Shown one piece after another: positions 58,776-64,000 of a stretch of DNA of 64,000 bases. A program made the translations under genes and the position numbers. Below the pieces are notes generated by a model. It made no database searches, was not told the origin of the DNA, and was given only the letters and a program-made list of their open reading frames with translations. The stretch is taken from positions 64,001-128,000 of the forward strand of contig JBIJDH010000021.1 in assembly GCA_044344255.1 (NCBI GenBank), read 5' to 3'. The stretch comes from Myxococcota bacterium (GTDB lineage Bacteria; Myxococcota_A; UBA796; UBA2385). How positions within the stretch are numbered: the first letter of the stretch is position 1; every line of letters starts with the position of its first letter.

Positions 58776-61700
58776 ATGTTCCAGCCGCGCACGCCCCAGC
58801 CGCCGGTCTCCCCAAGTCGGCTGCCCGACGCGCTCGAAGCTCGGGTGGGCGAGCTGGAGCCGGAGGAGCGGGCGATGGGGCTCCTCCTCATCGTGGTGTC
58901 CGCCGCCGTGCTGGTGGGGGCGGGCTGGACCTACTCCTGGTATTCTGGTTTTGCGGAGCGGAAGACCCAGGAGAGCCTCCACAGCGTCATCCTGTCGAAG
59001 AAGGCGACGATCGAAGGCTACCTCGCCGAGCGGATGAAAGACGCCGAGATCTTCTCTCGCCGGGAGTCGGTGCGGCAGGGCCTGCTCCGGGCCGGTGCGG
59101 CCTCCTCCGTGGGCGATCTGAGCCGCGCGCTACAGGACGACGAGTCGGAGGTGGTGAACATCTTCGGCTATCGCGACGCCAGCGTGGTCGACTTGGGCCT
59201 CCGCGAGCTCGACCCCCACCGCGGAGGGTCCGTCTTGGCTCTCAAGCGAGAGGTGTTCCTCGATGTGATCGAACACGGCGAGCCCCGTATCGTCGATCTG
59301 CACCGCGAGAGCGACGGGACCGTCTGCTTCGGTGTGGCGTATCCGGTCTTTGGCGGGGAGCCCTCCGCCGCCGGGACGGCGCCTCCGGCCTCGGCCCCGG
59401 TGCTCGGGCTCGTCTACCTTGAGATGGGCACGGCCGCCCGCTTCGATGACGTCGTCAGCGGCTGGCCGATCGCCTCGGAGAGCGCGGAGACCGTCCTCTT
59501 CCGGGTCGAAGGGGAGGAGCTGCTCTTCCTCAACCCGCTGCGCTTCCTGCCCGACGCTCCCCGCCTCAGCGTGCGCCGTCCCCTCCACACTCCGGGCCTC
59601 ATCTCGGCCCAGCTCGTCCAGGCGGCCGACACCGCCATCGTCACCGGGGTGGACTACCGAGGGGAGCAGGTGATCGGCGCGGGCACGATCATCGCCGGGA
59701 CGACCTGGCACCTCCTCGCCAAGATGGATCAATCTGAGGCCTTGGGCTCTGTCCGTCGGGTGGGCCCCTCCCTCGCGGTGACCGCCCTCCTGTCCCTGCT
59801 GTTGATGAGCGGGGCGGGCAGCTCCCTGTGGACACGCCGAAGGGCTCGTTTCGCCTTGGAGCAGGGCGCGCGGTACGCGCGGTACGCCGTCGCGCGGAAC
59901 ACCTCGATCGATGGGTACATCGTCGTCAACAAGCACGGTGTCATCGTAGAGGCCAACGAGGCGATCGCCCGCCTGTCGGGCTACTCCGAGGCCGAGCTGA
60001 TCAGCCTGCCGCTCGCACAGATCCACGCGATGTATAACCACGAGGAGGTCCTGGGCGTCCTCAGCCGGATCCGGGAGGTTGGAGCCGATCGGTTTCGCAG
60101 CGGTTGGCGTCAAAAGGACGGGACCCTCGTTCACTTCGATGTCAGCGCCTCCTACGTGCCCGGCCCCGGTGGAGAGGCCTGGCACTGCTTCCTGCACGAC
60201 GTCGGCCCCGAATTGGCGGCGCAAGCCCGCATTGACCGGCTGAACAGCTTCTATGTCTTCCTCAGCCACGCCAACGCAGCGGTGTTCAACGTAGACTCCA
60301 TCGAGCGAATGCTGGCCGCGGTCTGCGAGGGCGCCGTCCGCGACGCCGGCTTCCTCCTCGTCTGGGCGGGCTCCCTCGATCCGATCACTGGGCGCGTCGT
60401 GCCCACCGCCGCGTCCGGCGTAGAGATCGCCTACCTGAACGGCATCGACTTCTCGATCGACGCGACGCTGCCCTCCGGATGGGGCCCGACGGGCCGTTGC
60501 TTGCGCGAACAGACGGTCTGTCATCTCAATGATTTCCAGTCTGCCTCGAGCGTGGTGGCCTGGAGGCCCCAAGCGGAGCTGCACGGGATCCGATCCAGCG
60601 CGGCGGTGCCGATCGTCGTCGAGGGTGAGTCGGTGGGGTCGCTCCAGTTCTACTCGGGGGTGGATGGCTGCTTCGAGGGGGAGCTCCTCGCCCTGCTCGA
60701 GGAGGTGGGCCACACCGTCGGCCTCGCCTGGCGGGCCATCACCCTCAAGGCGGCGCACTCCGACGCCCTCCAGCGCCTCGAGGCCAGCGAGGTGCGCCTC
60801 GTCCGGGTGCTCGAGAACTCGCCGATCCCCACCCAGGTGATCTCTCTGTCCAGCCGCAAGATGCGGATGCTCAACCAGGCCCACGTGCGGACCTTTGGCT
60901 ATCGGCTGGATGAGGTCCCCGATGAGGAGCGCTGGTTCGAGAGTGTCTACCAGGGCCTGATTCCCCTCGCGGTCGTGCGGAGCATCTGGGAGGCGGACCT
61001 CCTGCGGGCGATCGAGGGCGGGCCCGGCTTCGTCGTCTCTTCCCCTGAGCTGCAGCTCCTCCGGTCAGACGGGCGCCGCTTGTGGATGGTGGGCCGTCTC
61101 ACCGTGGTCAACGATGACATCCTGGCCCAGTGGATCGACCTCACTGAGATCCGCCGCGCCGAGGCTGAGCTGCGCGCCAACGAGCAGCGCTTCCGCGGGA
61201 TGATCGAGCACAACCTCGCCGCGATCTGCGTGGTGATGGGCATGGAGGTCGTGTACTGCAATCGCCGCTTGAGTGACCTCACCGGCTGGCGCGTGGATGA
61301 GCTCGTCGGCGCGGACGTGACCGTGGTCTTTCGCCCCGATCCAGAGGGCTTCGAGCAGATCAAGCAGGCGCGGGAGCGCCTGAAGGACGGCGCCCCTGCG
61401 ATCGAGCTCACCTTGGCCTGCCACATCAAGGATGGGCGGAAGCTGCTCATCGGGGTCCACGGCAGCATGGGCGTCTGGGACGGCCAGCCGGCCACCGTGT
61501 TGACGATCCAGGACGTCACGGAGCGCCAGCAAGCCGAGGAGAAGATCGCCGCCTATGTGCAGCAGCTCGAGGGGGCCGTACAGAGCACGCTCACCGCGGT
61601 CGCCAAGATGTTGGACATGCGCGACCCCTACACCGCCGGGCACGAGCGCCGCGTGGGCCTGATCGCCGCTGACATCGCCAAGGAGATGGGCTGGGACGAG

Positions 61701-62147
61701 GCGCGTTGTTACGCGCTGAACCTCGCCGGGCTGGTCCATGACATCGGCAAGATCGCCGTCCCCGCCGAGATCTTGACCAAGCCCACCCGGCTGACGACCC
61801 TCGAGTACGAGATGGTCAAGACCCACGCCGAGCTGGGCTACGAGATATTGAAGGACGTCGACTTCCTCCGCCCGGTGGCCACCGTCATCCGGTCTCACCA
61901 CGAGCGGCTGGACGGCAGCGGCTACCCGCTCGGCCTCAAGGGGGATCAGATCCCCGTCGAAGCGAGGGTGCTCGCCGTGGCCGACGTGCTGGAGTCGATG
62001 GCCTCTCACCGCCCCTACCGGGCCTCGCTCGGCATCGAGGCCGCGCTCCGCGAGCTCGAGGGCCACCGAGACCTGTGGTTTGACCGGGAGGTCGTAGACG
62101 CCCTGCTGCGCCTGGTCCGAGACCGCGGCTACCAGCTCCCCGACTGA
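58776..62147 (+). CDS. Membrane sensor HD-GYP phosphodiesterase (Cache-like, PAS, GAF, PAS, PAS, HD-GYP)
   Basis: RDPYTAGH, HDIGK, HHERLDGSGYP, AVAD, HRPYR; two TM helices flanking an extracytoplasmic domain. Confidence 0.93.
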   Translation: MFQPRTPQPPVSPSRLPDALEARVGELEPEERAMGLLLIVVSAAVLVGAGWTYSWYSGFAERKTQESLHSVILSKKATIEGYLAERMKDAEIFSRRESVRQGLLRAGAASSVGDLSRALQDDESEVVNIFGYRDASVVDLGLRELDPHRGGSVLALKREVFLDVIEHGEPRIVDLHRESDGTVCFGVAYPVFGGEPSAAGTAPPASAPVLGLVYLEMGTAARFDDVVSGWPIASESAETVLFRVEGEELLFLNPLRFLPDAPRLSVRRPLHTPGLISAQLVQAADTAIVTGVDYRGEQVIGAGTIIAGTTWHLLAKMDQSEALGSVRRVGPSLAVTALLSLLLMSGAGSSLWTRRRARFALEQGARYARYAVARNTSIDGYIVVNKHGVIVEANEAIARLSGYSEAELISLPLAQIHAMYNHEEVLGVLSRIREVGADRFRSGWRQKDGTLVHFDVSASYVPGPGGEAWHCFLHDVGPELAAQARIDRLNSFYVFLSHANAAVFNVDSIERMLAAVCEGAVRDAGFLLVWAGSLDPITGRVVPTAASGVEIAYLNGIDFSIDATLPSGWGPTGRCLREQTVCHLNDFQSASSVVAWRPQAELHGIRSSAAVPIVVEGESVGSLQFYSGVDGCFEGELLALLEEVGHTVGLAWRAITLKAAHSDALQRLEASEVRLVRVLENSPIPTQVISLSSRKMRMLNQAHVRTFGYRLDEVPDEERWFESVYQGLIPLAVVRSIWEADLLRAIEGGPGFVVSSPELQLLRSDGRRLWMVGRLTVVNDDILAQWIDLTEIRRAEAELRANEQRFRGMIEHNLAAICVVMGMEVVYCNRRLSDLTGWRVDELVGADVTVVFRPDPEGFEQIKQARERLKDGAPAIELTLACHIKDGRKLLIGVHGSMGVWDGQPATVLTIQDVTERQQAEEKIAAYVQQLEGAVQSTLTAVAKMLDMRDPYTAGHERRVGLIAADIAKEMGWDEARCYALNLAGLVHDIGKIAVPAEILTKPTRLTTLEYEMVKTHAELGYEILKDVDFLRPVATVIRSHHERLDGSGYPLGLKGDQIPVEARVLAVADVLESMASHRPYRASLGIEAALRELEGHRDLWFDREVVDALLRLVRDRGYQLPD

Positions 62148-62160
62148 GGGGGGGCCGGGC

Positions 62161-64000
62161 TCAGATCGTGCCCTCGTCGGTGATCACGGTGCCGCGGCCG
62201 CGCACCACCCGCACCGGCACGACCTCCTTCGAAACGCCGGGGTCGTCTCCGAGCCCGAAGTAGACGTGGGCCTGGGTGGCGAAGCGCATCAGGCTCTGGA
62301 AGAACAAGAACTGGAGCCGGACGAGCGGCGGCCCGCCGACGACGATGACCTGCTCATGGCCCATCACGATCGTCCAACGGGCGGCGTGCATGCGGATCTG
62401 GCGGGTCACGCGGAGCTCGTGGAGCGCGGCGCGGACGTCGGGGTTCTCCATGTAGCCGACGTGCATCCGCACGGAGACGACGTTCTCGGCGAAGCGGTGC
62501 ACCTCGTAGCGCTGACCCTTGTAATAGGGGACGTCGTGCTCGTAGGCGATCGAGAAGATGGTGACGTGGCGGGGCAGGGCGCCGTACCGCCGGAGGAAGC
62601 GCTTCACGACGAGGGGGACGCGGTCGTGCAGGGTCTCGAGGCGGTCCGAGCTCATGAAGACCATCGCCCGCGGCAGCTCCGGCACCTCCGCCTTGACGTC
62701 GAGGAAGGTGCCGAGCTCCATCCGCTGGTTGTTCTTGTAGGCGTCGGCGAGCATCGCCCGGCCGCGGCGCCAGGTGGTCATGATCGTGAACATGCCGACG
62801 GCGATGAAGACCGGGACGTACCCACCATCCTTGAACTTCGGCATGTTGGAGAGGAGAAAGGCAAGGTCAATCGTTGCAAAAAAGCCGAACAGGGGGAGGG
62901 CCACCCAGGGCTTCCACCCCCAGAGGTGGCGCGCGACGAAGTACATCGCCACCGAGGTGCAGAGCATGTCGCCAGAGACGGACAGCCCGTAGGCGCCGGC
63001 CAGCCGGGTCGTGCTCTCGAACTGGATGACCAGGAAGCAGCAGCCGATCCACAGCGCGGTGTTCACGGCCGGCAGGTAGATCTGCCCCTCGACCTCCTCG
63101 CTCGTGTGGACGATGTGGACGCGGGGGAAGAGGCCGAGGTTGATCGCCGCGCGGGTGAGGCTGAAGGCGCCGGAGATGAGGGCCTGGCTCGCCGTGATCG
63201 TCGCCAGCGTCGCGAGGCCGATCATCGGGTACAGCATCATGTCGGGCACCATGCTGTAGAAGACGTTCCCGTTGTGGACCGGCTGCTCGGAGAGGAGGAA
63301 GGCCCCCTGGCCGAGGTAGCTGAGCACGAGGCAGGGGTAGACCAAGCCCAGCCACGCGAGCCGAATGGCTCGATGACCGAAGTGGCCGAGGTCGGCGTAG
63401 AGCGCCTCCCCTCCGGTGATGCAGAGCACTGCGGCCCCGAGCACCGCTGCGAGCTCGTGGAGGTTGTGCCGGCTGACGAACGCGACGGCAAGCCGAGGGT
63501 CGAGTGCGGCCAGGATGTCGGGCCTCTGAACGACCTGAGCTGCGCCGAGGATGGCGATGACCGCGAACCACACGACCATTACAGGCCCAAAGAGTCGGCC
63601 CACCTTGGCGGTGCCCCACCGTTGCACCGAGAACAGGCCGCTGAGGATACAGAGCGTGATCGGGACGACCCAGTCTTCAAGGGCAGGTTGGGCGACGACG
63701 AGGCCCTCGACGGCGGAGAGCACGGAGATGGCCGGCGTGAGCACGCCATCGCCATACAGCAGCGATGAGGCAAAGACGAGCAGCGCAGAGAGCATCACCA
63801 CCGAGCGGGCCCGCACCGGCTGGAGGATGCCCATCAGGGCGAAGGTGCCGCCCTCGCCGTGGTTGTCGGCGCGCAGCACGAAGGTGACATACTTGACGGT
63901 GATGATGAGGGTGAGGGCCCAGAAGAGGAGGCTGGAGGCGCCCAGCACCTCCTCCTTCCCCTCGATGCCGCCGTGCCGCCGGAGCTCATTCCAGGTGTAG
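62161..64000 (-). CDS. kup: KUP/HAK/KT potassium transporter (5' end outside window)
   Basis: ADNHGEGGTFAL, YGDGVLTPAISVLSAVEG, GEALYADLGHF, GQIYLP, LAGAYG. Confidence 0.96.
   Translation of the reverse strand, partial: YTWNELRRHGGIEGKEEVLGASSLLFWALTLIITVKYVTFVLRADNHGEGGTFALMGILQPVRARSVVMLSALLVFASSLLYGDGVLTPAISVLSAVEGLVVAQPALEDWVVPITLCILSGLFSVQRWGTAKVGRLFGPVMVVWFAVIAILGAAQVVQRPDILAALDPRLAVAFVSRHNLHELAAVLGAAVLCITGGEALYADLGHFGHRAIRLAWLGLVYPCLVLSYLGQGAFLLSEQPVHNGNVFYSMVPDMMLYPMIGLATLATITASQALISGAFSLTRAAINLGLFPRVHIVHTSEEVEGQIYLPAVNTALWIGCCFLVIQFESTTRLAGAYGLSVSGDMLCTSVAMYFVARHLWGWKPWVALPLFGFFATIDLAFLLSNMPKFKDGGYVPVFIAVGMFTIMTTWRRGRAMLADAYKNNQRMELGTFLDVKAEVPELPRAMVFMSSDRLETLHDRVPLVVKRFLRRYGALPRHVTIFSIAYEHDVPYYKGQRYEVHRFAENVVSVRMHVGYMENPDVRAALHELRVTRQIRMHAARWTIVMGHEQVIVVGGPPLVRLQFLFFQSLMRFATQAHVYFGLGDDPGVSKEVVPVRVVRGRGTVITDEGTI

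Overview
Very GC-rich bacterial chromosomal segment. The gene content (MopE-type/FG-GAP and RCC1 lipoproteins, many short-signal lipoproteins with acidic low-complexity linkers, a DUF4157/eCIS-core effector, Ser/Thr kinase, VIT-vWA, sigma54 promoters) suggests Myxococcota or a relative; this is inference. About 45 credible CDSs are present and most other ORF-track entries are antisense or frame shadows. Recognisable genes: DEAD-box helicase, preA-like/codA pyrimidine catabolism, CaiB CoA transferase, orphan adenine methyltransferase, macro domain, algF-algI-algJ-algX-like O-acetylation cluster, thiD, two RlaP-like nucleotidyltransferases, choline/ethanolamine kinase, multicopper oxidase, an ApbE/MsrQ-like flavinylation cluster, an HD-GYP phosphodiesterase and kup. 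The standout is a ~1.35 kb interval (about 14210-15560) without a credible ORF. It starts 12 nt after a consensus sigma54 -24/-12 promoter, ends in a strong intrinsic terminator, is packed with GNRA-capped hairpins, and is closed by nested long-range helices spanning ~1 kb. I read it as a candidate large structured non-coding RNA that I cannot assign to a known class. Other notable signals: a pentanucleotide repeat that puts a secreted-protein gene out of frame (possible phase variation), a 21-bp cUUCGg hairpin array, a poly-C tandem repeat between mirrored -10 elements, and recurring leaderless-type promoters.
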